Assembly: GCA_043821645.1 (NCBI GenBank)
Contig: JBDRCO010000023.1
Location: forward strand, 1-64,000
DNA from: Pseudomonadota bacterium
Lineage (GTDB): Bacteria > Myxococcota > JACRCW01 > JAFGSX01
DNA: 64,000 nt
Reading direction: 5' to 3'
The translations under genes and the position numbers were made by a program. The first letter of the stretch is position 1. Each line of letters begins with the position of its first letter. A model generated the notes under the pieces. That model saw nothing but the letters and a program-made list of their open reading frames with translations. It did not search any database and was not told the DNA's origin. Shown here piece by piece: positions 29,953-40,237 of this stretch.

Positions 29953-31572
29953 TCATTGCCACGGGTTCTCGCTCACCGTCCAGCGCGGTTCTCCTCCTGC
30001 GCGCGTATCCGAGGGATAGCGGTCCCGCACATGGCGCGACCACAGCGCTTCATCGATGCCTCGCGCCCGGGCGACCTCGGCCAGGGCATCGCCCATCGCA
30101 TTGCGGGTGCGTGGCATCAACGGATCTTCGACGTCGACGCTGTAGGCCCCGAAGCGCTGGTCTGTCCCCTCGGCCCACTCGAAGTTGTCGCTCAGGGTCC
30201 AGTGGTAGTACCCGCGCACATCGATCCCGCGGTCGATGGCGCGCCCGAGTTCCCACAGGTGTTCCACCAGGTACATGGCGGCCTGCTCCGGAGCGCGCGG
30301 CAGCTCGAGCACGGTCCCGGTGTCGTCGCGCACCGGCCGCAGATTGGTGGTGGTGCCGTTCTCGGTGATGACGATGGGTAGCTTCCACTGCGCGTACAGC
30401 TCGAGGGTGTCCCGCAGCCCCGCGGCCCGGATCTCCCGTCCCATGCCGTTGTGCGGCAAGGCAGGGGCATAGTGCTGCACGTCGAGCAGGGGCAGGCCAT
30501 ACATGGGGAAAAAGTCCACGAACAGCTCGTGGTCGTCCACGCGCACGGGGCCGTAGTACTGCACACCGACGAAATCCATGCGCCCGCGCAGCGCGGCGTC
30601 GACGCGCTCGGGGGGATCAGTGTCCGGATTGTCGACGCGACCATCTAGATCCACGTCCAGCGCGCCCGAGGTCAGGGCGTTCATGATCCAGTCATTGAAG
30701 AGGTAGCTGATGCGCTTGGCACCGAACACTTGGGCGCGGTTGCCCGAATCGACCGGGTCAAAGGCATTGGCGGTCATGGTGAGTCCGACCCAGCACGGGC
30801 CATCGCGACCATCGGCATCCACGTCGTCGAGCGCGTGGATGGCGTCGTAGGCCCGGGCCTGCATGTGCACCAGGTTGATACCCACCGAGGCGGCCCCGGC
30901 GATGTCCAGGACCCGCCCGGGAGGAAACAGCCCGTTGAGGTAGCCCGCGCTGATCACAGATAGCGGCTCGTTGAGCACGGTGTAGGTGTCCACCAGGTGC
31001 TTGACCCGCGGGATGATCCTCCGCACATACGTGTCGAAAGCCTGATCGACGTCGCTGTGCCTGTCGGCGAGCAGGTCCACACGCCCACCGGGCCAGTCGG
31101 GATCGGGATTCTGGACCCACAGGGGCACAGCCCAGTGGTACAGGGTCAGCACTGGTTCGAGCCCACGGGCGCGCGCGGCCTCGAGCTGGTCCACCAGGGC
31201 GTCCAGCTCGGCGTCGATAAAAACACCGCGTTCGGGTTCGATGCGCGGCCAGTCGGCACTCAGGCGGAAGACTCCCAGACCCAGCTCAACGCTGCGATCG
31301 AACTCCTCGTCGTAGATCTCGCAGAAGCGATTGCCGACGGCATTGCTCTGCCCGCCTGCAATGCGCCCCATGGCGGCCCAGCGCGACCAGTTGCTCTCCA
31401 CCGGGCCCGCCACGCCCTGGTCGCCGCAGACCTGCCAGGCGGCGTTGGCCGTACCGAAACTGAAGCTGTCCGGAAATCGAACCCCAACGAAGGCGGGCTG
31501 GGGTTCGCAGGCGCCGAGTACGCCGAGCACGATCAGCGACGGAGCCATGCGGTGTGCAGCAGGTGGCTTCAT
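29953..31572 (-). CDS. glycoside hydrolase family 1, probable lipoprotein
   Basis: FPDSFSFGTA, RLSADWPRIEP, TLYHW, NEP acid/base, ITENG nucleophile, WTLSDNFEWAEG; LGAC lipobox. Confidence 0.92.
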   Translation of the reverse strand: MKPPAAHRMAPSLIVLGVLGACEPQPAFVGVRFPDSFSFGTANAAWQVCGDQGVAGPVESNWSRWAAMGRIAGGQSNAVGNRFCEIYDEEFDRSVELGLGVFRLSADWPRIEPERGVFIDAELDALVDQLEAARARGLEPVLTLYHWAVPLWVQNPDPDWPGGRVDLLADRHSDVDQAFDTYVRRIIPRVKHLVDTYTVLNEPLSVISAGYLNGLFPPGRVLDIAGAASVGINLVHMQARAYDAIHALDDVDADGRDGPCWVGLTMTANAFDPVDSGNRAQVFGAKRISYLFNDWIMNALTSGALDVDLDGRVDNPDTDPPERVDAALRGRMDFVGVQYYGPVRVDDHELFVDFFPMYGLPLLDVQHYAPALPHNGMGREIRAAGLRDTLELYAQWKLPIVITENGTTTNLRPVRDDTGTVLELPRAPEQAAMYLVEHLWELGRAIDRGIDVRGYYHWTLSDNFEWAEGTDQRFGAYSVDVEDPLMPRTRNAMGDALAEVARARGIDEALWSRHVRDRYPSDTRAGGEPRWTVSENPWQ

Positions 31573-31584
31573 GAGGTGCCCTGG

Positions 31585-32211
31585 CTACGGTCCCACATTC
31601 TGGCGCATGCCCTGCAGCTCGCCGCGCAGGGCCTTCTGCAAGGCCTTCAGGTCGGCCAGCTCGGCGGTGATGCGCTGCAGCTCACCCTGCAGCGTGTCGC
31701 GATTGTCCGCGGTCCGGACCTTGGCCTGCACGGCCCGTGACAGCGCCTCGACCCGCTCGATCTCTGCCCGCAGTTCCTCGAGTTCCTGCGCAAGCCTGCG
31801 CTCGAGGGCCGGGTCATGGACCGCACGTGCGGAGACCGGCGCAACGGCCTCGACCACCTCCCCTGGTTCCGCCGCCGACCCGGGCGCGTTCTCGAGCTCA
31901 GTGAGGTCCGGTTTCCCGAGCTGCGCGGATTCGCTGTCCGTCGTCCCACGCTGAGGTCGTGGACGCAGACTGGCGGCCTCGAGCCCCTCGCGCTGGCGCT
32001 GCAGAATGTGCTGGATACGCTGGTTCATCCACTCGTCGCGCGGGTCCGTCTCTCCGGGCTGCAGCGACGCGTCGCGAGACGGTGGCGGGCTCACCTCGAC
32101 CTGGGTCGCGGTTTGGCGCGAGGCTTCCGGCTCGCAGGCCATGCAGGATTCACAGCTCGCGCTGGCGATGAGGACAGTGCCGGTGAGCAGGGCAAGGCAG
32201 GCGCGCATCAT
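31585..32211 (-). CDS. hypothetical exported protein with C-terminal coiled coil
   Basis: Hydrophobic N-terminus followed by SCESCMAC; C-terminal heptads. Confidence 0.55.
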   Translation of the reverse strand: MMRACLALLTGTVLIASASCESCMACEPEASRQTATQVEVSPPPSRDASLQPGETDPRDEWMNQRIQHILQRQREGLEAASLRPRPQRGTTDSESAQLGKPDLTELENAPGSAAEPGEVVEAVAPVSARAVHDPALERRLAQELEELRAEIERVEALSRAVQAKVRTADNRDTLQGELQRITAELADLKALQKALRGELQGMRQNVGP

Positions 32212-32280
32212 CTGCCAAGGATCGGTGCCATCAGGGGACCGGGTCAAGCGAAGGGTTCGACACCGGCGACGCGAACGGGA

Positions 32281-34452
32281 TCATTTGGCCGTCTTGCGGT
32301 CGGCCAGTTCGTGGTCCGCACCCCAGCGTGCCAGCAGGAAGCACACGAAGCCCAGCCCGAGCAACATGAAGAAGCCCAGTCCCTGTCCCAGGCCACCCTC
32401 GAACCAGTGCTGCGCCTCTTCAACCAGCTTACCCTCGGCGCTGACCGTGGCTTGCACGCCGACGCTGATCTTGGTGATGGGGTAGCCCACATCCTCGAGA
32501 CGCATCACAGCCGTCAGGATGCCCTGGATGGCGGCGCCGGCGATCAAACCCGACGCGATCAAGATCCCCTGCTCCGAGCGCGACTTGCGCACCTCGTCGC
32601 TGCCGCCGGTCTTGCCGATGATCCACGAGGCCACGGCACCGACCAGCACAGCCGAGTTGATGGCCATGGGCAGGTACATGCCCAGGCTGAAGGCAAGAGG
32701 AGGCAGGCCGACCATGACCAGCATCAAGGCGACGAATCCGCCCAGGCCGTACAGGAAGTAGGGTTGCTCGCCGCCGGTCATCATGGCGTTGACGATGGGG
32801 GCCAGCATGTTGGCCTGCGGTGCGGGCAGCACCTTGTCGTTCGACGTCAGCGGGCTGTTGGGGTCCAGCGGGTCCAGCGGGATGGCAAAGTGGTAGGCGC
32901 TGTCCATCAACGGGATGATGATGGCCACGGTGGCCGCAGCGACAGCAATGCCGAGAAACTTCCAGAGTTGCTGGTTGCGCGGGGTGGCGCCGATCCAGTA
33001 GCCGATCTTGAAGTCCGAGATCAGCGCACCCGACGTCGACAGCGCGGTGCAGACGGCGCAGCCTATGACCACGGCGATGAAGATACCCGCCTGCCCGGAC
33101 AGACCGGCGAACACCATGGCCGCGCAGGCGATGATGATGGTGATCATGGTCATGCCCGACACCGGGTTGACACCCACGATGGCAATGGCCTCAGCCGCCA
33201 CAGGCGTGAACAGGAAGGACAGTGCGAAGCCAACCAGGCCGCCGACGACGGCGAAGATCAAGGACTGCCCGACGCTGTAACCGCCTCCCTCGCCGCCGTA
33301 GGTGGCGGTGATACCGAAGAACACCAGGGCCATCAGCACCGCACCGCCGAGCTGGAAGAGCATGACGTTGCCAGGCTTCATGTCGCGCTCGGTGCGGGGC
33401 ACGGCCGCGGAGCTGTCCTCGCCGCCCTTCTTCGAGAAGCTCTTGAAGCCCAGGGTGATGGACTTGAGGATGATCTTGCCCATCTTGATGATGCCGATGA
33501 AGCCGCTGATGGCGATGGCGCCAATGCCGATGGGCTTGACGAAGTTGCTGAAGATGGCGCCCGAGGACATGCCTCCGATGTCCCAGGTCTTGCCCATGAA
33601 CTGCATCTCGGGGTTCTGCGAGCCGACCAGGTACACGACCGGCAGGATGACCAGCGTCGACAGCACCGAACCCGCGGCGATGATGGCCGCGTAGCGCACG
33701 CCGATGATGTAACCCAGCCCGAACAGAGCGGCGATGGCGTTGATCTGCAGGTTGAGGCGGTACTTGTCGTACAGCGCGTCGCCGAAGCTGCCGAGCAGCA
33801 CGCTGGAGCTGAGCTCCGGATTCCACAGCCGCACGGCCTCGACCAGGAAGTCGAAGCTCATACCCAGCAAGAACGAGATGATCAGGATCTTGCCAGCGCT
33901 GGAACCTTGCGACTCACCCGCGACCAGGATCTCGGTTGTGGCCGTGGCCTCGGGAAAGGGCAGATCACCGTGGCGCTCGGCCACGAAGTACTTGCGCAGG
34001 GGGATGATCAGGACCGTGCCCAGACCGCCGCCCACCAGGCAGGCCAGGAAGATGACAATGAACACCTGCGAGGTACTTGGCGAGATGCCGTTGATGTAGA
34101 TCGCGGGTATCGTGAAGGCAGCGCCCGCCGCCACCACCCCCGAAGCCTGGCCTATGGACTGGACGATCACGTTCTCGAGGATGGTGCTTCGCGTCTTGCG
34201 TAGCTTGCCAAAGAAGATGGCCAGGATGGCGATGGGGATGGCCGCCTCGATGCCGTTACCGGCACGCAGGGCGATGTAGATGCAGGCCGCCGAGAACACG
34301 GCCACCAGGGCCACGGCGGTGGCCACCGACCACACGGTGACCTCGGCACGCATGTCCGATGCCGGCACGATGGGATGGTAGACCTCGCCCGGGTTGAGCT
34401 TGCGATAGGCGTTCTCGGGGAGGAGCTTGCTGTGCTGGGGTGCGTCGTGCAT
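32281..34452 (-). CDS. OPT family oligopeptide transporter
   Basis: PENAY, AAIPIAI, ENVIVQSIG, LPFPEATAT, NPVSGMT, DFKIGYWIGATP, LPAPQA. Confidence 0.93.
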   Translation of the reverse strand: MHDAPQHSKLLPENAYRKLNPGEVYHPIVPASDMRAEVTVWSVATAVALVAVFSAACIYIALRAGNGIEAAIPIAILAIFFGKLRKTRSTILENVIVQSIGQASGVVAAGAAFTIPAIYINGISPSTSQVFIVIFLACLVGGGLGTVLIIPLRKYFVAERHGDLPFPEATATTEILVAGESQGSSAGKILIISFLLGMSFDFLVEAVRLWNPELSSSVLLGSFGDALYDKYRLNLQINAIAALFGLGYIIGVRYAAIIAAGSVLSTLVILPVVYLVGSQNPEMQFMGKTWDIGGMSSGAIFSNFVKPIGIGAIAISGFIGIIKMGKIILKSITLGFKSFSKKGGEDSSAAVPRTERDMKPGNVMLFQLGGAVLMALVFFGITATYGGEGGGYSVGQSLIFAVVGGLVGFALSFLFTPVAAEAIAIVGVNPVSGMTMITIIIACAAMVFAGLSGQAGIFIAVVIGCAVCTALSTSGALISDFKIGYWIGATPRNQQLWKFLGIAVAAATVAIIIPLMDSAYHFAIPLDPLDPNSPLTSNDKVLPAPQANMLAPIVNAMMTGGEQPYFLYGLGGFVALMLVMVGLPPLAFSLGMYLPMAINSAVLVGAVASWIIGKTGGSDEVRKSRSEQGILIASGLIAGAAIQGILTAVMRLEDVGYPITKISVGVQATVSAEGKLVEEAQHWFEGGLGQGLGFFMLLGLGFVCFLLARWGADHELADRKTAK

Positions 34453-34628
34453 GACCTGCGCTCCCGGTTCGTGGGTTATTTGCGGTGACGTGGCGCGTAC
34501 CAAACCACGAGGTCTGCACCGAGATCAACGGTCGTCGTCCGCAGCGGCTGACACACATCGGCGCGATCCGCGGGAAGCCAAAGCCCGGGTTCGTTCATCG
34601 TGTGCGGCGGTGCGAGGCGCGGAGGAGG

Positions 34629-36146
34629 TTAGAAAGCTGCGACCAGGGCACCGGGAGCAGAGCTGGTGTCCCCGTCGAGGTCGCGATCCTTGGTGATGAC
34701 GGGCGCCGGTCCGTACTCGTGCAGCAGGCGCTGTACAAAGCGCAGGTATTGCGGGTTCTGGCCGATCACGTTGACACCCAGACCCGACTGCGCGCGGGGG
34801 TCTGGCACCATGAGCTGGAATCGCACCACCTGGCCATGCACACGCACGGCGCGCTCGGCATAGGCGTCGGGGTCCAGCAGCTCGACGGTCACCCTGGTCC
34901 CCGGGGGCACCACGTCCGAGGTGCACACGAACAAGCCGCTGCTCGACAGGTTGCGCGTGGCGGCCTGTCGCATGGCCCCACTGGCACGCTCTGCATAGCG
35001 AAGAGCGACGCGGACGTTGACCCGGGGCGTGTCCCTCGCGATGCGGTCCTCCAGCACCTCGTGAAGGTCCGGAACCTCGGAACTGACGCTGAGCGCGCTG
35101 GCCGTGGGTGCCAGGTCCAGGTAGCGCCGCTGCGCCGACGTCAAGCCCTCGATGAGGGCGGATGGAACGTGCTCGGAATCTCGCTGGGCGACCCGGATCA
35201 GGGTCGCGAACAGGTGCGTGTACAGGGTCTGCCGCCGGACGCGCCGGACCATGCGCTGTACCCGCGCCACCAGCACGTCGACGCCCTCGATCAGACGCTC
35301 CACCACATCCTCGGCACCCGCCTCGATCGCGCGCAATGCCAGGGACACATCGCTGCCGTGAGACACCGCCAGCATTCCGCTCAGTGGAGCCTTGGCGTGC
35401 AGGATCTCGAGAAGCTCCAGCACGCCGGGGTCGTCGAGCCCCACCACCAGACCGCTGGGTAAAAGTGCCTGATCGAGACGCGCTGCGGCCTCGCTGCAGG
35501 TGCGCACATGCTCCACACTCAGGCCCTGGCTCTGCAGAGCATCCGAGGTCACTTCGGCCCGGGCGCCCACGGGCTCGACCAGCAGCACGTCGGGTCGTTC
35601 CTGGAACTGGGTCTTGAAGGCGAACAGCTCGTGGGCAATGACCGAGGCCGTCAGGCGATCCTCATCGGCACCATGAACGGCCTGGGTCAGGTCTCGCACC
35701 ATGCGCGTGTAGACCTGCTCGCTCAGCCGCTGATCCACGATGGCGCGCAGGCGTTGCACGAGCTGACGGAAGTTCGGAAAAGGCTTCTCGATGTAGTCCA
35801 CCGCGCCGGCTCGCAGGGCCGCGGTGATGCTCTCCACCGAGGGGTATCCGGTGATGAGCACGGCAGGGACATCGTGGCCAAGGTCCTGCAATTCGGCAAT
35901 GAGGTCGAGACCGGACATGCCCGGCAGATTCTTGTCCACCACCAGCAGGTCGTAGGCCGTCTCCTCGAGGCGCTGGCGAGCGCTCTCGGCAACGGCCGTG
36001 ACGTCGACGACGAAACCCTCGCGCACCAGCAACTGCTGCAGCACGCCACGGATCACAGGCTCGTCGTCCACCACCAGCACGCGCAGCTCGCGCGCCAGCA
36101 CGGCCCGGTAACTGGTCCACACCGATGCAAGTCGGTCGAGCAGCAT
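34629..36146 (-). CDS. response regulator: REC + pseudo-REC + PilZ
   Basis: VVDDE/VVDKNLPG/KPF receiver; second receiver lacking the acidic residues; RDTPR...NLSSSG PilZ motifs. Confidence 0.85.
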   Translation of the reverse strand: MLLDRLASVWTSYRAVLARELRVLVVDDEPVIRGVLQQLLVREGFVVDVTAVAESARQRLEETAYDLLVVDKNLPGMSGLDLIAELQDLGHDVPAVLITGYPSVESITAALRAGAVDYIEKPFPNFRQLVQRLRAIVDQRLSEQVYTRMVRDLTQAVHGADEDRLTASVIAHELFAFKTQFQERPDVLLVEPVGARAEVTSDALQSQGLSVEHVRTCSEAAARLDQALLPSGLVVGLDDPGVLELLEILHAKAPLSGMLAVSHGSDVSLALRAIEAGAEDVVERLIEGVDVLVARVQRMVRRVRRQTLYTHLFATLIRVAQRDSEHVPSALIEGLTSAQRRYLDLAPTASALSVSSEVPDLHEVLEDRIARDTPRVNVRVALRYAERASGAMRQAATRNLSSSGLFVCTSDVVPPGTRVTVELLDPDAYAERAVRVHGQVVRFQLMVPDPRAQSGLGVNVIGQNPQYLRFVQRLLHEYGPAPVITKDRDLDGDTSSAPGALVAAF

Positions 36147-36459
36147 GTCAGTCTCCCCGTTCAGCGCAAGCCACGGATCGCGACGGGCGCCCGTGCCTGT
36201 GTGTCCCCAGCGGCATGACCCTCGCCCTATTCTTCATGGCACCGCTCTGCGGACCTGTCACCAGCGAACTGGCGGTTGTCCTAGACCACGCCAGGGAGCC
36301 CCTACGCAGGTTCGTTCTCCTATATACAGAGGGTCCTTTTTTGGCGCAGCGATGGCGGCACCCGACTCCCGCGCAGGGTCTCCAGGGCAACTTCGCGAAT
36401 CGACACGAGGTGTGGTTATCAGCAGGAGACGGGTATCTGGCTAAAGCATGCGCCGTCGC

Positions 36460-36798
36460 TCAACGCTTCCGTCCCCGCGTCAGCAACTGCAAGATGAGCT
36501 GGGCGCTGTACTTTGTCAGCTCGGTGAACACCACGGCCATCCCTGGCGGCTCGCGCTGGCCGGGAGGCACCACCCGCACCACCTCCCCCACGCCCTCGAT
36601 GCTCTCGAAGTCGTCGGCAATGACCGTGAACTTGAGATCCACCTTGGTGCCCACGGGCAGCGGGTCGTCGGTGCGAATGAAGGCGCCGGTGGCCGACAGG
36701 TTGCTCACGTACTCGGTGATGAACTCCTCGATGCTCTCGAACTCGCGATTGACCAGCAGGCGTTCATGTTGCCGGGTGGGTTGCAGGGGCTCTGTCAT
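36460..36798 (-). CDS. stand-alone PilZ domain protein (myxobacterial TIGR02266-like)
   Basis: RQHER, NLSATGAFIRT, GEVVR, PGMAVVF; AGGAG RBS. Confidence 0.88.
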   Translation of the reverse strand: MTEPLQPTRQHERLLVNREFESIEEFITEYVSNLSATGAFIRTDDPLPVGTKVDLKFTVIADDFESIEGVGEVVRVVPPGQREPPGMAVVFTELTKYSAQLILQLLTRGRKR

Positions 36799-36851
36799 GG
36801 GGACTCCTGACGTTGTCATGGGGGCCTCGGCAGCCCCCTTGGCGGCAGCAG

Positions 36852-38405
36852 CTACTCGGCCGCCACCGGTGCGGGGGCCTTCTCGGGCTCGTCGGTGGCC
36901 TCGATGCTGTACTGCTCGACGTGCAAGGCCTCGTCGCCACGCACGATCAGCTGCTTGCTGCTCCAGCCCTCGATCTCCTCGAGGACATCTCCCAGTTCGT
37001 CGCACAGGAAGGCCGAGACATCCGGATGACACACCGCAAGGAGGATGGGAGCCGGGGACTCGGCAACCTGGGCTCGCAGCTCGCGGACCACCTCGTAGGC
37101 AACGGTGGCACGGGAGCGAACGAAACCCCGACCGTCACAGTGCGGGCAGGGCTCGGTGAGGGACCGCAGCAAACTGTCTCGCACGCGCTGCCGGGTCATC
37201 TGCACCAGCCCCAGCTCGCTCATGCCCAGCACGTGAGTGCGCGCACGGTCCTGCTTGAGCGCTTCATTCAGGGCGTCCAGTACGCGCTGGCGGTTGGTCG
37301 CCTCTTCCATGTCGATGAAGTCGACCACGACGACGCCGCCGACATTGCGCAGGCGCAGCTGGTAGGCGATCTCGCGCACCGCCTCGAGGTTGGTGCGAGT
37401 GATGGTGTCCTCGAGGTTGCGCCGCCCCACGAATTTGCCGGTGTTGACATCGACCACCGTCAGCGCTTCGGCCTGATCCCACACCAGGTAGCCACCGCTC
37501 TTGAGCCAGACCTTGCGGCTGAGGGCGCGCGCCATCTCGGTTTCGACGCCATAAGCATCAAACAGGGGTGTGGCTCCGTCGTACAGCTCGATGGACTTCG
37601 TCAGCAGAGGCGCGAAGCCCTGGACAAAGCGGATCACGCGTTCGTAGGTTTCGCGATCGTCCACGATCAGACGGTCGATATCCGCAGTGAACAGGTCGCG
37701 GGTGGCCCGCAGCACCAGGTCGAGGTCGGGGTGCACCAGCGACGGGGCGCCTTGCTGTGCGGCCCGCCGCTGCACGTCGTGCCAGAGGTTGATCAGGAAC
37801 TCCATGTCCCCTTCGAGCTTGTCCTGGGGCACTCCCTCGCTCACGGTGCGCACCACGAAGCCCGAGTGGGGCGGCTTGAGGGTCTCGACGATGCCGCGCA
37901 GGCGCTCCCGCTCTTCCGGGTCGGTGATGCGGCGCGAGATCCCGACGTGCCCCACCGTCGGCATGAAGACGAGGAAGCGCCCCGGTAGCGAGATGTGGGT
38001 CGTGGCCCGAGCGCCCTTGGTGCCCATGGCTTCTTTGGCCACCTGCACCAGCAACTCCTGGTTCGCCCGGAGCAGATCCTCGATGTGCGCAGATCGCTTC
38101 TTGCCCTTGCTGGACCTGGGGGCAGCGTCCTCGGCGCCATCGCGTTCGCTGTCGTCCTCCTCGACCAGACCCGCGCCCCCCTCGATGACATCGTCGACAT
38201 AGAGAAAAGCGGCCTTCTCCAGGCCTATCTCGACGAACGCCGCCTGCATGCCCGGCAGGACGCGCTGCACGCGGCCCTTGTAGATGTTCCCCACCAGCCC
38301 ACGATCCCGACGTCGCTCGATCATCAGCTCGACCACGGTGCCGTTCTCGAGGAGGGCCACGCGGGTCTGCTCGGTGGTCGCATTGACGACGAGGGTGCTG
38401 GTCAT
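36852..38405 (-). CDS. rng: ribonuclease G (Rne/Rng family)
   Basis: GNIYKGRVQRVLPGMQAAFV, DVNTGKF, RLRNVGGVVVVDFIDM, CPHCDG. Confidence 0.95.
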   Translation of the reverse strand: MTSTLVVNATTEQTRVALLENGTVVELMIERRRDRGLVGNIYKGRVQRVLPGMQAAFVEIGLEKAAFLYVDDVIEGGAGLVEEDDSERDGAEDAAPRSSKGKKRSAHIEDLLRANQELLVQVAKEAMGTKGARATTHISLPGRFLVFMPTVGHVGISRRITDPEERERLRGIVETLKPPHSGFVVRTVSEGVPQDKLEGDMEFLINLWHDVQRRAAQQGAPSLVHPDLDLVLRATRDLFTADIDRLIVDDRETYERVIRFVQGFAPLLTKSIELYDGATPLFDAYGVETEMARALSRKVWLKSGGYLVWDQAEALTVVDVNTGKFVGRRNLEDTITRTNLEAVREIAYQLRLRNVGGVVVVDFIDMEEATNRQRVLDALNEALKQDRARTHVLGMSELGLVQMTRQRVRDSLLRSLTEPCPHCDGRGFVRSRATVAYEVVRELRAQVAESPAPILLAVCHPDVSAFLCDELGDVLEEIEGWSSKQLIVRGDEALHVEQYSIEATDEPEKAPAPVAAE

Positions 38406-38528
38406 GGGCAGAGGCTACGACGTCGAGGGCATCGCGTCCACTGGCGGAGTTGTCCTTGCCCAGGGTTGCCGGAATGACCGCCTCGGGGTAGATCTGAGGG
38501 CCTCACCATGCGAGATGGGGGTCTCTTC

Positions 38529-40220
38529 ATGCTGCGTTCAGTGCTCCTGGTGTCCGTGGTAGCAGCCACACTCGTCATCCCTCCCACGCTGCACGGCCAG
38601 CAGCCATCGGATTCCATGGCACCACCCATCGTCGTGGCAGAGCCACCCGCCGAGCCCTTCGCGGCCCCTGCTCCAGCGCCTGCGGGCAAGGTCGCCGTGA
38701 CGCCCTTGCGAGCCCCCGCCAGCCTCGGTGGAAACGCCCGCAGCCTGAGCGCTGGCCTGGCTCCACAGCTCAACCGCCTGGGGCACACTGCCGTCGACAC
38801 CGAGACCGTGGGCTTCGTGCTCGACCGTCTGGGCAACAAGGCCATTCTCGACTGCAGCGAGCCGTCCTGCTTGACCCAGATCGGCCAGGCCGTCGGCGCC
38901 GCCCAGGTTGTTCACGGCCAGCTCGAGGAGCTTGGCGAGGGTGTCCTGCTGACCCTGATACTGGCGGACACCGCCAGCGGCCGCGAACTGTCCCGACAGA
39001 CCGCCTTCTGGAAGGGCGACCGCGAGCAGCTTGGCCAGGTCAGCGAGCCTTACCTGCGTCGGCTGCTGGCCGGGGATGCGGCCAGCACCTTGCGCGGTGG
39101 GGTGGCTGTCACGGCACCGGCAGGTGCGCGGGTGCTGGTCGACGGCACCGAGCGCGGTCTAGCCCCTCTTTCTGGCGAGCTGAGCCTGGACAGCGGCGTG
39201 CACTCGCTCGAGGTGTTGCAGGCGGGACAGAAGACCTGGCGCAAGGAGATCATCGTGCGCGCCAGCTCGCATGAGACCGTGGTGGCCGTGCTGGTACCCG
39301 AGGCCAGCGTGGCCGTCGCCGTGGCGCCCCCTCCGCCGGTGGTCGAGACCGTACCGCCTACTCCGGTCCCCGCGCCCACGCCCGTGCCGGAGCCCTCCTC
39401 GGTGGCTCCCGTCGCCACTCCTGCCCCGGCGGCGGTCCAGGGCCCACAGCGCACCATCGCCCTGCTCGACCTGCGCAGCGACGAAGACACCAAGAACATG
39501 GCCAGCGCCTTGACCGTGGTGGTGGCGTCCGAGCTGGGCCGCACCCCCGGCTATCGCACGGTGTCGCGCAATGACCTCAAGTCGCTGCTGGCGCACCAGG
39601 CCAACGCGCAGCTTGTGGGCTGCTCCGAGGTGCAGTGTCTGTCGGACATCGCCAAGATGGCCGCGGCGGATCTGCTGGTGTCCGGCAGTGTGACCCGGGT
39701 CGAGGACGCCCACGTGCTGTCCCTCGAGCTCATCGACGCGGTGGAGGCCCGGGTGATCGAGCGCCAGGCCGCGACCTGGCGGGGCGATCCGGCGCGCATG
39801 GTCGAGCTGGCTCGCCCCTACGTCGACCGACTACTGGCCGGCCCCGCGGCGCAGTCCTTTGTCGGCAGCCTCGAGCTCATGGCGCCTGAGGGCGCCTCGA
39901 TCACCGTCGACAACGCGGTGCAGGGGAACGCTCCTCTGGGCCAACCTGTGGCCAACCTGGCCTCCGGCGTGCACGGCATCACCGTGGCCAAGCCGGGCTA
40001 CCTGACCGTCCGCGACGACGTGGTGGTGGTCCGCGGTGAAACCACGCTGGTGCAGGTCGACCTGGTCGACGAGAACGCGGACAAGCCCTGGTACAGCCGC
40101 TGGTGGGTGTGGGGCAGCATCGGTGGAGGACTGGCTCTGATTGGCGGCACAGCTGCTGCCATCGCCGTGGTCGCCGTGCTCACAAACACCCCCACCACCG
40201 TCGGCGTGAGCCAGCAGTGA
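38529..40220 (+). CDS. exported protein with two tandem (CsgG/TolB-N-like + PEGA) modules and C-terminal hydrophobic helix
   Basis: Signal peptide; duplicated C..xxCL..I motif and PEGA (GARVLVDG, GASITVDN); KPWYSRWWVW followed by a TM helix. Confidence 0.8.
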   Translation: MLRSVLLVSVVAATLVIPPTLHGQQPSDSMAPPIVVAEPPAEPFAAPAPAPAGKVAVTPLRAPASLGGNARSLSAGLAPQLNRLGHTAVDTETVGFVLDRLGNKAILDCSEPSCLTQIGQAVGAAQVVHGQLEELGEGVLLTLILADTASGRELSRQTAFWKGDREQLGQVSEPYLRRLLAGDAASTLRGGVAVTAPAGARVLVDGTERGLAPLSGELSLDSGVHSLEVLQAGQKTWRKEIIVRASSHETVVAVLVPEASVAVAVAPPPPVVETVPPTPVPAPTPVPEPSSVAPVATPAPAAVQGPQRTIALLDLRSDEDTKNMASALTVVVASELGRTPGYRTVSRNDLKSLLAHQANAQLVGCSEVQCLSDIAKMAAADLLVSGSVTRVEDAHVLSLELIDAVEARVIERQAATWRGDPARMVELARPYVDRLLAGPAAQSFVGSLELMAPEGASITVDNAVQGNAPLGQPVANLASGVHGITVAKPGYLTVRDDVVVVRGETTLVQVDLVDENADKPWYSRWWVWGSIGGGLALIGGTAAAIAVVAVLTNTPTTVGVSQQ

Positions 40221-40237
40221 TGCGAAATACAGAGGGG

